Both the position numbers and the translations under genes were made by a program. Source: an uncultured Gemmatimonadaceae bacterium (GTDB taxonomy: Bacteria; Gemmatimonadota; Gemmatimonadetes; Gemmatimonadales; Gemmatimonadaceae). Taken from it: DNA of 64,000 nucleotides. The notes beneath the pieces are model-generated. The model was not told the origin of the DNA. It searched no databases and was given only the letters and a program-made list of their open reading frames with translations. The stretch is from the NCBI GenBank assembly GCA_963740355.1, contig CAVUDW010000002.1, positions 1,344,001-1,408,000 of the forward strand, written 5' to 3'. Positions 1-9,244 of this stretch are shown here, in pieces. Numbering within the stretch: position 1 is the first letter of the stretch; the number at the start of each line of letters is the position of its first letter.

Positions 1-138
1 CCGTGATATTTCACCGACGTCGCTTCACAATGTCCAGCACGGTGTTCACATTCTGTTCATTCTCTGACCTTTCACGGTCGGTGCCGCAGGCTGTCTGGCT
101 GCGGTTACGAAGTAACCCCCTTAGCACAGGCTTCCCCG

Positions 139-1515
139 ATGGAGAGAAAACGCCTGAATTTCTGGCAGCTCTTCAACATGAGCTTCGGATTCCTGGGCAT
201 TCAGTTCGGGTGGGGACTGCAACTCGCAAACATGTCGGCCGTGTACGAACGGCTCGGCGCCAAGCCCGACGAAGTACCGCTGCTCTGGCTGGCCGCACCG
301 CTGACGGGGCTGATCGTGCAGCCGATCGTCGGCGCACTCAGTGATCGCACCTGGGGGCGCCTCGGTCGCCGCCGTCCGTATTTCCTGACCGGTGCCATTC
401 TCGCGTCGATCGCGCTGTTCTTCATGCCGACGTCGACGTCGCTCTGGATGGCAGCCAGCCTGCTCTGGATTCTCGACGGCTCGATCAACATCTCGATGGA
501 GCCCTTCCGCGCGTTCGTGGCGGACAAGCTCGTCGCCTCGCAGCGGACGGCAGGCTTCGTGATGCAGTCGCTGATGATCGGTATCGGTGCCAGCTTCGCG
601 AACGCACTGCCTTGGGCGCTCGGCAAGTTCGGTGTGGTTGGTGCCACCGCGAGCGGCATTCCGCTGACGGTGAAGTATTCGTTCCAGGCCGGCGCCGTGG
701 TGTTCCTGTTGTGTGTGTTGTGGACCGTCTTCACCACCGACGAGTTCCCGCCCGAGGACATGGAAGCCTTCAAGCGCGCGAAGGCCGAGAAGGCGGGAAT
801 CGGCGCGATGGCGACCGAGGTCGTGCACGCGATCCGCGACATGCCAAAGACGATGCAGCAGCTTGCCGTCGTCCAGCTGTTCACCTGGCTCGGTCTGTTT
901 TGCATGTGGATCTTCTTCGTGCCGGCGACCGCCCGCCACGTGTTTGGCGCGGTGGACGTCAAGTCGGAGCTGTACGAGAAGGGGGCGGCGTGGGGCGGGA
1001 CGGTCTTCGCCTTTTATTCCATCACCTGCTTCCTCGTGGCGCTGATCCTGCCGCGTGTGGCAGCCGCGACCAGCCGAAAGTTCGTGCACACCGGGGCGCT
1101 GCTGTGCGGAGCGGCAGGATTGCTGAGCGTGTGGGTCATTCACGAACCGAACATGCTGATCCTCTCGATGATCGGTGTCGGCGTTGCGTGGGCGTCGATC
1201 CTGTCGATGCCATATGCGATGCTGGCCAGCTGCCTGCCTGTGGAGCGCATGGGTGTCTACATGGGCGTGTTCAACTTTTTCATCGTGCTCCCCGAGATCC
1301 TGGCGGCGCTCTTCTTCGGACCACTGACGCGCCTGATCTTCGGCGCCGACAATCCGCAGACGCCGCTCTACGTCGTCATGCTGGGCGGGATCTGCATGAT
1401 CGTGGCTGCGCTGTGCGTGCAGTTCGTGCAGGACAATGAAGTGAAGGAAGACGTTGCGGAGCGCGCACCGTCTCCGAGGCCGGATCGACCGCTTGCAGCG
1501 GCTCCAGGCCGGTAG
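139..1515 (+). CDS. MFS sugar transporter (maltose/sucrose GPH/SLC45-like)
   Basis: ~12 hydrophobic segments; motifs [41 protein letters not shown]; near GH13 and malQ. Confidence 0.9.
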   Translation: MERKRLNFWQLFNMSFGFLGIQFGWGLQLANMSAVYERLGAKPDEVPLLWLAAPLTGLIVQPIVGALSDRTWGRLGRRRPYFLTGAILASIALFFMPTSTSLWMAASLLWILDGSINISMEPFRAFVADKLVASQRTAGFVMQSLMIGIGASFANALPWALGKFGVVGATASGIPLTVKYSFQAGAVVFLLCVLWTVFTTDEFPPEDMEAFKRAKAEKAGIGAMATEVVHAIRDMPKTMQQLAVVQLFTWLGLFCMWIFFVPATARHVFGAVDVKSELYEKGAAWGGTVFAFYSITCFLVALILPRVAAATSRKFVHTGALLCGAAGLLSVWVIHEPNMLILSMIGVGVAWASILSMPYAMLASCLPVERMGVYMGVFNFFIVLPEILAALFFGPLTRLIFGADNPQTPLYVVMLGGICMIVAALCVQFVQDNEVKEDVAERAPSPRPDRPLAAAPGR

Positions 1516-1590
1516 GTCCGCGGTACGTTGCACCCAGGGAGCTCGATGCGCTCCCGCTTCCAATCCCCGATGATGCGTGTGTTTGGTCTG

Positions 1591-2538
1591 ATGCGGCATG
1601 GCCGCGCGATGGTCCCGCTGCTGCAGTCGCTGTCGAAGCTCGCATTGGTGCCGATGGTGCTGGCTGGAGTGTCATCCGTTGCACAGGCGCAAAGCCTCGA
1701 CGACGCGATCTTCATGGACAGGCGCATCCTGTGTGCCGGCCTGATCTACACGCAGGATCAGTGGAGCGAGTACTGGGAAGGCTCGCTCAAGCGTGACAAT
1801 GGAAACATCGGGACACTGACGACGCGCCAGACGACTTACATGGCAGCGTATGGTGTCACGAACCGGCTCAACATCATTGCCTCGCTGCCGTACGTCTGGA
1901 CGAAGGCCAGCCAGGGCGTGCTGGAAGGGCAGAGCGGCAGCCAGGACATCAGCGTGGGACTCAAGTACCGTGTCTTCAGCACGCCGTTGACGACCAAGGG
2001 CACACTCAGTGGCATTGCCGTCATCAGCGCCACGGTGCCGACGAGCAACTACACGCCGGACTTCTACCCGATGTCGATCGGCTCGTCGAGCAAGCGGGCC
2101 ACGGCGCGCGCGATTCTCACCTGGCAGGCGACGAACGGTATCTACGTGAATGGTGCGGCGGCGTACACGCGTCGCGGCAATGTCACACTGGATCGCGTCT
2201 CGTATTACACGCAGGACCAGCTCTTTCTGACCAACGAAGTGCAGATGCCCGATGTGCAGGAAACGGCCGTCACGCTCGGCTACCGCGGTCACGGCCTGAT
2301 CGCGCCAGTCACACTCACCCGCCAGAAGACGCTTGGTGGTGGCGACATCCGTCGTCAGGACATGCCCTTCGTGTCGAATCGCATGGACTTCACCAGCATC
2401 GGCGGGCATGTGCAGTACCAGCTGCCGATGTTGAAGGTGGTCTCGCTGCAGGTCGGTGCGTCACATGTGCTCACCGGTCGCAACGTCGGTCAGTCGACGG
2501 CGGTGATGGGTGGCCTGCTGCTGGCGGGGAAGCTCTGA
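1591..2538 (+). CDS. Exported putative outer-membrane beta-barrel protein (start uncertain, 1528-1609)
   Basis: Signal peptide ending AQA-Q; alternating amphipathic strands; stop overlaps next ATG (TGATG). Confidence 0.6.
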   Translation: MRHGRAMVPLLQSLSKLALVPMVLAGVSSVAQAQSLDDAIFMDRRILCAGLIYTQDQWSEYWEGSLKRDNGNIGTLTTRQTTYMAAYGVTNRLNIIASLPYVWTKASQGVLEGQSGSQDISVGLKYRVFSTPLTTKGTLSGIAVISATVPTSNYTPDFYPMSIGSSSKRATARAILTWQATNGIYVNGAAAYTRRGNVTLDRVSYYTQDQLFLTNEVQMPDVQETAVTLGYRGHGLIAPVTLTRQKTLGGGDIRRQDMPFVSNRMDFTSIGGHVQYQLPMLKVVSLQVGASHVLTGRNVGQSTAVMGGLLLAGKL

Positions 2539-4103
2539 TGCCAACGCTCGATGTTCGCCGCGTTGGACGCGGCACGCGCGCACTCGGATTGAGCCTGCTC
2601 GCCGTGGCACTCCTGAGCTGCGACAAGGCCATCACGCAGACGGAAGACTTGCTTCCGCTGGTTGCGGCATCGACCGATGCATCGGCCGGCACCTGGAAGA
2701 TGATCGTACTGACTTCGCCGACGCAGGTGGCGGTGGCCGCACCGACGGCCGTGACCAGCGACGCCTACAAGGCAGAACTGGCCGCGATCAAGACGGCGCA
2801 AGCCGCGATCACGCCTGTGCAGTCCGAGCGTATCGGCTACTGGGCGGGCGGTGGCGTGTTGCGCTGGAATCAGATCCTGCGTGGGTTGGTGGCGCGCTAC
2901 AACCTCCCACCGGCCCCGCGTGCCGATGGGACGTATCCGGCCCCCGACGCGAACAATCCGTTCGGCGACCCGGCGTTTCCCTTTGCGAATCCACCGTACG
3001 CCGCGCGTGCATACAGCTACATCGCGGTGGCACAGTACGAAGCGCTGAAGGCGGCGTGGGCCTACAAGTATCAGTACAATCGGCCGTCGCCGGCGAAGGT
3101 GGATGCCGAGCTCCGACAGTTGGTGCCGATCTCCGACTTGCCGTCCTATCCGTCGGAAGACGCTGTGCTTGCCGGCGTCACGGTGGCGATGATCCAGACG
3201 CTCTTCCCGGCCGCGGTCGAAGAGGCCACGCTGCGCGGTGCGCAGCAGCGTGAGTCGGCGCTGCTGGCCGGCAAGGCCACCAGCAGCGACCTCGCAGCAG
3301 GGTTGGCGCTTGGTCGCGCGGTCGCGGCGCTGGTGCTGGCTCGCATGTCCACCGACGGCACGGCGAATGCGATCGGCAACGCAACGCAGTGGGCGAACCT
3401 GGCCGTCGCCGCACGTGCGCGTGGCGAGGAGCCATGGATCAGTCGTGAAATTCCCGCCCGTCCGCCGATGCTCCCGAACTTCGGCGCCGTGACGAGCTGG
3501 AACCTGACGCCGGCGGAAATCGTGAGCGTGCGTCCCCCAGCGCCGCCGTCGACGTCCTCGGCGCAGATGAAGACGGAAACGGCCGAAGTGCGCAGCACGG
3601 TGGAGAATCTCTCGCGCGCGCAGCGCGCCATCGCGGAGAAGTGGAACGACGGCGCCGGCACATACACGCCGCCTGGTCACTGGAACGACATTGCGGCGGA
3701 TCACATCCGTGACGCCAAGATGAGCGAGGTGCGTGCAGCACGGACGTTCGCCTTGCTCAACATGGCGATGCACGATGCTTCGGTGGCCTGCTGGGAAGCG
3801 AAGTACTTCTACTTCAATCCGCGACCCTCGCAGATGGATCCGGCAATCAAGACGGATATCGGCCTGCCGAACTTCCCGGCCTATCCGTCGGGTCACTCGA
3901 CGTTCTCCGCTGCGGCTGCCAGCGTGTTGTCGTATGTCTTCCCGGGATCGGCCAGCGAGTTCACGCAGATGGCCGATGAAGCCGGTATGTCGCGTCTCTA
4001 CGGCGGCATCCACTTCCGCAGTGACATCGTCGAAGGCAGGGCGCATGGCGCACGTGTGGGTGCGTACACCGTGCGTGCCGCCCAACTCGATCGGGCGCCC
4101 TGA
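2538..4103 (+). CDS. Lipoprotein, PAP2 / vanadium-dependent haloperoxidase superfamily
   Basis: Lipobox LLSC; C-terminal motifs KYFYFNPRP, YPSGH, SRLYGGIHFRSD. Confidence 0.85.
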   Translation: MPTLDVRRVGRGTRALGLSLLAVALLSCDKAITQTEDLLPLVAASTDASAGTWKMIVLTSPTQVAVAAPTAVTSDAYKAELAAIKTAQAAITPVQSERIGYWAGGGVLRWNQILRGLVARYNLPPAPRADGTYPAPDANNPFGDPAFPFANPPYAARAYSYIAVAQYEALKAAWAYKYQYNRPSPAKVDAELRQLVPISDLPSYPSEDAVLAGVTVAMIQTLFPAAVEEATLRGAQQRESALLAGKATSSDLAAGLALGRAVAALVLARMSTDGTANAIGNATQWANLAVAARARGEEPWISREIPARPPMLPNFGAVTSWNLTPAEIVSVRPPAPPSTSSAQMKTETAEVRSTVENLSRAQRAIAEKWNDGAGTYTPPGHWNDIAADHIRDAKMSEVRAARTFALLNMAMHDASVACWEAKYFYFNPRPSQMDPAIKTDIGLPNFPAYPSGHSTFSAAAASVLSYVFPGSASEFTQMADEAGMSRLYGGIHFRSDIVEGRAHGARVGAYTVRAAQLDRAP

Positions 4104-4123
4104 TCGTCACTGCGGGGAGAATT

Positions 4124-4167
4124 AAAAACGACCGCCGGACTTCGCGCCCGGCGGTCGTTTCTTTTTT
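4124..4167 (+). terminator. Rho-independent terminator
   Basis: Stem aaacgaccgccgg/ccggcggtcgttt followed by a T-tract, just after the 4103 stop. Confidence 0.85.
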
Positions 4168-4246
4168 CGCTGCGACGAATCGTCAACTGCGAATCGCAGA
4201 GTCGCAGAGGCGCAACCGAACCGCATGCGCGCGGCTTCGCCGCCGA

Positions 4247-4539
4247 CGGTCCACACGTCCTCACGCGGAGGCGCGGAGGACCGCGGAGCCGCGGAGATTC
4301 GCTCGCGGCAGCCACCCCGGGTGTGACTCGGAGGTTGACTGCAGGGGAACTGCGCTCGCCTGCGCCAGATTCCAGCCGGTGCGCCGCCCTCATGCACGGA
4401 TCTCCGCTGCGCACGCCGACCATTCCAAAGAGGCAGTTGCGGTTCGGTCCGTGTGGCCCCCCCCGCCGCCACAGGCGTCGAAGTGCTGTTCCCCGCGGCT
4501 CCGCGTCCCCCGCGCCTCCGCGTGAGGGAGTGTGGACCG
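4247..4539. repeat. Family A inverted-repeat element (MITE/REPIN-like), copy 1
   Basis: 293 bp with ~47-bp imperfect terminal inverted repeats (cctcacgcggaggcgcgg.../...ccgcgcctccgcgtgagg); near-identical to 7052-7344. Confidence 0.9.
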
Positions 4540-4635
4540 GAGCCGCCACAGGCGTCGAAGTGCTGTCCCCCGCGGCTCCGCGTCCTCCGCGCCTCCGCGT
4601 GAGGGAGTGTGGACATCGGCCGCCACAGGCGTCCC
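4465..4635. repeat. 77-bp tandem duplication of the right end of family A element
   Basis: gccgccacaggcgtc starts at 4465, 4542 and 4619. Confidence 0.9.
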
Positions 4636-4791
4636 GGTGCCGCGTGAGCAAGTGGGCGAGTGGGAGAGTGGGCGAGTGCAGGAATCTGCCGCCAAACGCG
4701 GCTCAGAGACTGCGTGAGCGAGTATGCCGACAACGCCATCAGGCAAACTGCCCTCGACAGCACGAAGTCTGAATGCGTAAACTGCGCTGTC

Positions 4792-7029
4792 ATGAAGAAT
4801 TCACAGTGCTTTGCGTCGTCGGGCCCGGGCCTCGTTGCTGCCGCGCTGCTGTGTTTCGCAGCGCCGGTGATATGCCATGCGCAGGTACGGGCAGACACGG
4901 CTGCGGGGCGACGAGACTCGGTCGCGCGACGGATCGCTGGTGTGGTCGTCACCGCGCCGCGACGGCCGGGAAGCGTGAGTACGGCACCACGAATCGTGGC
5001 GGGGATGCTCACGACCGGCGCCAAGTCGGAAGTCGTGTCCGTGTCCGGCTCGACCACCAACGTCGCGGAGAAAGTCGGACGCCAACTCTTCGCCGAAGTT
5101 CCGGGCGTGTTCGTGTACGACATGGACGGCAGCGGCAATCAGGTCAACATCTCGGCCCGTGGACTCGACGCGCATCGGTCGTGGGAATTCAACGTCAGGC
5201 AGAACGGCGTCAGCACGAACTCTGACACCTATGGGTATCCGGCCAGTCACTACAGCGCGCCGATGGAAGCCATCGAGCGCGTGGAGCTGGTTCGCGGTAC
5301 GGCCGCGTTACAGTATGGCGCGCAGTTTGGTGGTGTGATCAACTATGTCGTGCGCACGCCGGACACGACGCGTGCGGCAAGTGTCGAGTCGCGGAGTTCG
5401 GCCGGTGGCTTCGGACTGCGCAGCACGTACAACGCGGTGGGTGGCAAGATCGGCCGCGTCACCTACTACGTCTATGGATCGGCGCGACGCTCGGATGGAT
5501 ATCGCGCCAACGGCCGCTCGGAATCCGATGCCGAATTTCTTACGGCCAGCGCGCCGCTTTCGCGCTCGATGATCCTGCGTGCCGAGGTTGGGCGCAGCCG
5601 CTATCTGTACCAGCAGCCCGGCCCGCTCACCGACGCGATGTTCGATGCGAATCCGCGTGCGTCGACGCGCTCGCGCAACTTCTACAGCCCCGACATTTTG
5701 GTGCCGTCGCTGACGCTGACGTGGACGCCTCGCGCCACGACGCGTGCCACGCTGCAGGCTTCAGGAGTCTTCGGCAGTCGCAGCAGTGTGGCGGTCGGGG
5801 GATTTGCAAATGCACCTGACACGGCATCGCTGGCTGGAGTGTTCAGCGCACGCCAGGTGGACATCGATCGCTACGACAGTCGCACGCTCGAGCTGCGTGT
5901 GATGCAGGACGTGCACGTAGCGTCGAAGCCCGCCACGCTGGTGGGCGGAGTTTCGCTGGCCGACAACGATCTCTGGCGCCGCCAGCGGGGGACAGGGTCG
6001 CGCGGCTCGGACTACGATCTCGACCTGCAGCCCGGCGCCGCATTCCAGCGCAATCTTCACTACCTCACCAAGAACGCGGCCGTCTTCTCCGAACTCGAAC
6101 TGCGGCTCTCGCCCGAATGGTGCATCGTGCCCGGATTCCGGGTCGAACGCGGCACGACACGGATGCGCGGATCACTCGCCTATTACGACCCGGCCGATAC
6201 CCCGCGCGACGTATCACACAACTTTCCGCTGTTCGGTGTGCGGTCTGCTTACAAACTCTCCCGTGGGGGCGAATGGTACAGCGGCTTCAGTCAGGCATAC
6301 CGTCCGATGATCCTCAAGGACCTGCTGCCAGAAACCGCGAGTGAGCGCACCGATACCTCGATCCGTGACGCGCGTGGCTGGACGTTGGAATCGGGCCTGC
6401 GCCGCGGTTACGCCAATGGCATCAGCTACGACGTCTCGCTGTTTGCGATGCGCTACGCGAACCGGTTTGGCTTGCTGACGCTGTCCGATCCGGACGGCAC
6501 ACCGTACACGTACAAGACGAACGTGGGTACGACGCGCACCCTCGGGGTCGAAGCACGCCTCGGACTGCCCCTCGGCATCACCGGCGCCACCGCCTGGCGC
6601 GCCTTCTCGGCGGCATCGTTCATGGACGCGCGGTACGTCGGAGGGTCGTCCATCTCCGCCGGTACCAACGTCAGCATCGAAGGTAACGAAGTAGAGTCGG
6701 CACCCCGCTGGATCGCCCGCGGCGGACTGTCGGCGACGCATCAGCGATTCGACATCACGGCCCAGGTCAGCTACGTCAGTCGTACCTTCGCAGACGCACT
6801 CAACACGGTCACGCCCAGTGCCAATGGTGCGACCGGATTGGTCCCCGCCTACACACTCGTCGACCTGCACGGCGGAATCGTCGTGACGCGCTTCGTGAAA
6901 CTCTCCGGCGGCGTCAGTAACCTCCTCGACCGTCAATATTTCACAAAACGCCCCCAATTCTACCCCGGCCCCGGTGTCTGGCCGAGCGACGGCCGCAGCC
7001 TGTTTCTTTCGCTCGGCCTGAACCGCTGA
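4792..7029 (+). CDS. TonB-dependent receptor (FecA-like)
   Basis: Plug motif IERVELVRGTAALQYGAQFGGVINYV; C-terminal GVSNLLDRQYF...GRSLFLSL. Confidence 0.9.
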   Translation: MKNSQCFASSGPGLVAAALLCFAAPVICHAQVRADTAAGRRDSVARRIAGVVVTAPRRPGSVSTAPRIVAGMLTTGAKSEVVSVSGSTTNVAEKVGRQLFAEVPGVFVYDMDGSGNQVNISARGLDAHRSWEFNVRQNGVSTNSDTYGYPASHYSAPMEAIERVELVRGTAALQYGAQFGGVINYVVRTPDTTRAASVESRSSAGGFGLRSTYNAVGGKIGRVTYYVYGSARRSDGYRANGRSESDAEFLTASAPLSRSMILRAEVGRSRYLYQQPGPLTDAMFDANPRASTRSRNFYSPDILVPSLTLTWTPRATTRATLQASGVFGSRSSVAVGGFANAPDTASLAGVFSARQVDIDRYDSRTLELRVMQDVHVASKPATLVGGVSLADNDLWRRQRGTGSRGSDYDLDLQPGAAFQRNLHYLTKNAAVFSELELRLSPEWCIVPGFRVERGTTRMRGSLAYYDPADTPRDVSHNFPLFGVRSAYKLSRGGEWYSGFSQAYRPMILKDLLPETASERTDTSIRDARGWTLESGLRRGYANGISYDVSLFAMRYANRFGLLTLSDPDGTPYTYKTNVGTTRTLGVEARLGLPLGITGATAWRAFSAASFMDARYVGGSSISAGTNVSIEGNEVESAPRWIARGGLSATHQRFDITAQVSYVSRTFADALNTVTPSANGATGLVPAYTLVDLHGGIVVTRFVKLSGGVSNLLDRQYFTKRPQFYPGPGVWPSDGRSLFLSLGLNR

Positions 7030-7051
7030 TCGCGCGCGGCTCCGCCGCCAA

Positions 7052-7344
7052 CGGTCAACACTTCCTCACGCGGAGGCGCGGAGGACCGCGGAGCCGCGGA
7101 GATTCGCTTGCGGCAGCCGCCCCGCGTGTGACTCGGAGGTTAACTGCAGGGGAACTGCGCTCGCCTGCGCCACATTCCAGCCGGTGCGCCGCCCTCACGC
7201 ACGGATCTCCGCTTCGCACGCCGACCATTCCAAAGAGGCAGTTGCAGTTCGGTCCGTGTGGACCCCTCCGCCGCCACAGGCGTCGAAGTGCTGTTCCCCG
7301 CGGCTCCGCGTCCCCCGCGCCTCCGCGTGAGGGAGTGTGGACCG
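7052..7344. repeat. Family A inverted-repeat element, copy 2
   Basis: Direct repeat of 4247-4539 with about 12 substitutions by manual alignment. Confidence 0.9.
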
Positions 7345-7390
7345 AAGCCGCCACAGGCGTCCCGAATGTGAGTGGCGCGCACAAACGCCG

Positions 7391-9244
7391 TCAGAACACG
7401 CAGCTGGCCCGAGCAGGAATGGTGAGCGTGATTCCTGCAGCGTCAGACACTGGAGCCGCGCAGGTCTTGAGCACATCGGCACCGAGCGTCATGGGAGGCA
7501 GTTTCACGACAGCTGGCGTGGTGCCGTTGTTGATCGCGACCACGGTGCGGCCGCGACGGTAGACGTACGACTGGTCGTCCGCAAAGAGATTCTCGGTGCG
7601 ACCGTTGCGCAGGTCGGCGCGTGAGGCGCGGAGCTGCAGCAACGTCTGCAGGTGCGTGAAGACGCCTTGCTCGATGTCCGTGCGGCCCGTCGTCTCGAAG
7701 GCGTTGCGCGGGTCTTCCTTCCAGCCGCCGGGGAAATCGCGACGATTGTCCGGGTCGTTGCCGCCCGGGAGCGCAATCTCGTCGCCGTAGTAGATCAGCG
7801 GTGTGCCACGGGCGGTGGCGAGGAAGGTGAAGGCCAGCTTGAGGCCAGCACTCGTTGCGCCGGGCTCGTTCATGAAGCGATTCACGTCATGAAGGCCGAG
7901 CAGCGTCACGAGGGCGTCCGGATTCGGATAGAGATGATCACGCGCCAGCATCTGCGGCACGGCGCGGATCGAGCCGCCACGAGCGAAGACGTTGCGCAGC
8001 GTGAAGTGGATCGGGAAGTCGAAGAGTGCGTCGACCTTGTCGTCGATACCATCGGCCTGCGTCTTGCCACCCTGGAAGAAGCTGACGAAAGTCGGGTCGC
8101 CATCGAGCACTTCGCCAACAACCTTGAGCTTCGGATACTCCTTCTTGATCGCGGTCATCCAGTCACGCCAGAAAGTGCGCGGTACATACGGCCAAGTGTC
8201 CTGACGGATGCCATCCATGCCGCTCATGCCCACCCACCAGAGCGTGTTCTGGATGATGTAGCGGGCCACTTCCGGATCGTCCTGGTTGAAGTCGGGCAGG
8301 ATGTTGATGAACCACCCATCGAGCGTCTCGCGCCGCATTGCCGGCGTCGAGTACGGGTCGTGCAACGTCCACGTCTGCCAGGTGTTGTTCGGGTGATTCT
8401 CCGTCGTGCCGTGGAACCAGGTCGGCGTCGGCGAGTCGGCGGCCCATGGGTGGTACGGCCCGGTGTGATTCGCGACCATGTCGAGGATGATCTTGATGCC
8501 CATGCCGTGGGCTTCGTCGGTCACCGACTTGAAGAGCGCAATGTCGCCGAAGTGTTCGTCCACGGCATACATGTCGGTGGCGCCATAGCCGTGGTAGTCG
8601 GCCATCGGCTGGCCATCGTACATCTCCTTCCGGTTCAGCGCGTTGTTGTTGTCGTACAACGGATTGAGCCAGATCGCCGTGATGCCCAGCTGCTTCAGGT
8701 ACGGCAACTTGCGCCGCAGCCCTTCGAGGTCGCCGCCGTGGTAGTAGCGCGTCTTGCTGCGGTCGTGCAAGCCAGTCGAGACCGACGGGTTGTCGTTGGT
8801 CGTGTCGCCGTTCGCAAACCGATCAGGCATGACGAGGTACATCGCGTCATCCTGGTTGAAGCCCTGGAAGCGGCCAGCGCGTGCCAGTGGCGCTGTGACG
8901 GTGAAAGGCACTGGTGCGCTGCCGGCACCAGTCGTCAGTGTCAGCGGATACGCGCCCGGTCGTGCGGTGGCCGGAATCGTCACGTCCACGAAGGCGTACG
9001 TGCCGGCCGCACTGACCTTCACGCGCGCACAGGTCAGTCGCGGACAGGTGAGGCGGGCGCCCGTCAGGTTCTTGCCGCGAATCAGGACGCGCACCGGGTT
9101 CACCGTGTGCTGGCCCCACCAGTTCGGTGGATCCACCTTCTCGATCACCGGGGCCTGCGCGCTGATCGTCGACGCGGCGACGACCAAGACGAGGCAGGCG
9201 CGTCGGACGACCTGCGCAGTGAATGAACGCAAGGAGATCATCAT
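7391..9244 (-). CDS. GH13 alpha-amylase/neopullulanase/cyclomaltodextrinase (SusA-like), exported
   Basis: Signal peptide; KVDPPNWW N-domain; DRFANGD, YHGY, DMVANH, DGIRQDT, VGEV, LHDVNR. Confidence 0.92.
   Translation of the reverse strand: MMISLRSFTAQVVRRACLVLVVAASTISAQAPVIEKVDPPNWWGQHTVNPVRVLIRGKNLTGARLTCPRLTCARVKVSAAGTYAFVDVTIPATARPGAYPLTLTTGAGSAPVPFTVTAPLARAGRFQGFNQDDAMYLVMPDRFANGDTTNDNPSVSTGLHDRSKTRYYHGGDLEGLRRKLPYLKQLGITAIWLNPLYDNNNALNRKEMYDGQPMADYHGYGATDMYAVDEHFGDIALFKSVTDEAHGMGIKIILDMVANHTGPYHPWAADSPTPTWFHGTTENHPNNTWQTWTLHDPYSTPAMRRETLDGWFINILPDFNQDDPEVARYIIQNTLWWVGMSGMDGIRQDTWPYVPRTFWRDWMTAIKKEYPKLKVVGEVLDGDPTFVSFFQGGKTQADGIDDKVDALFDFPIHFTLRNVFARGGSIRAVPQMLARDHLYPNPDALVTLLGLHDVNRFMNEPGATSAGLKLAFTFLATARGTPLIYYGDEIALPGGNDPDNRRDFPGGWKEDPRNAFETTGRTDIEQGVFTHLQTLLQLRASRADLRNGRTENLFADDQSYVYRRGRTVVAINNGTTPAVVKLPPMTLGADVLKTCAAPVSDAAGITLTIPARASCVF

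Noticed and set aside
4323..4772. Duplicated ORFs in element A (also 7128-7562) and ORFs in element B
   Set aside because: Arg/Pro-rich translations of GC-rich repeats with no protein motifs.
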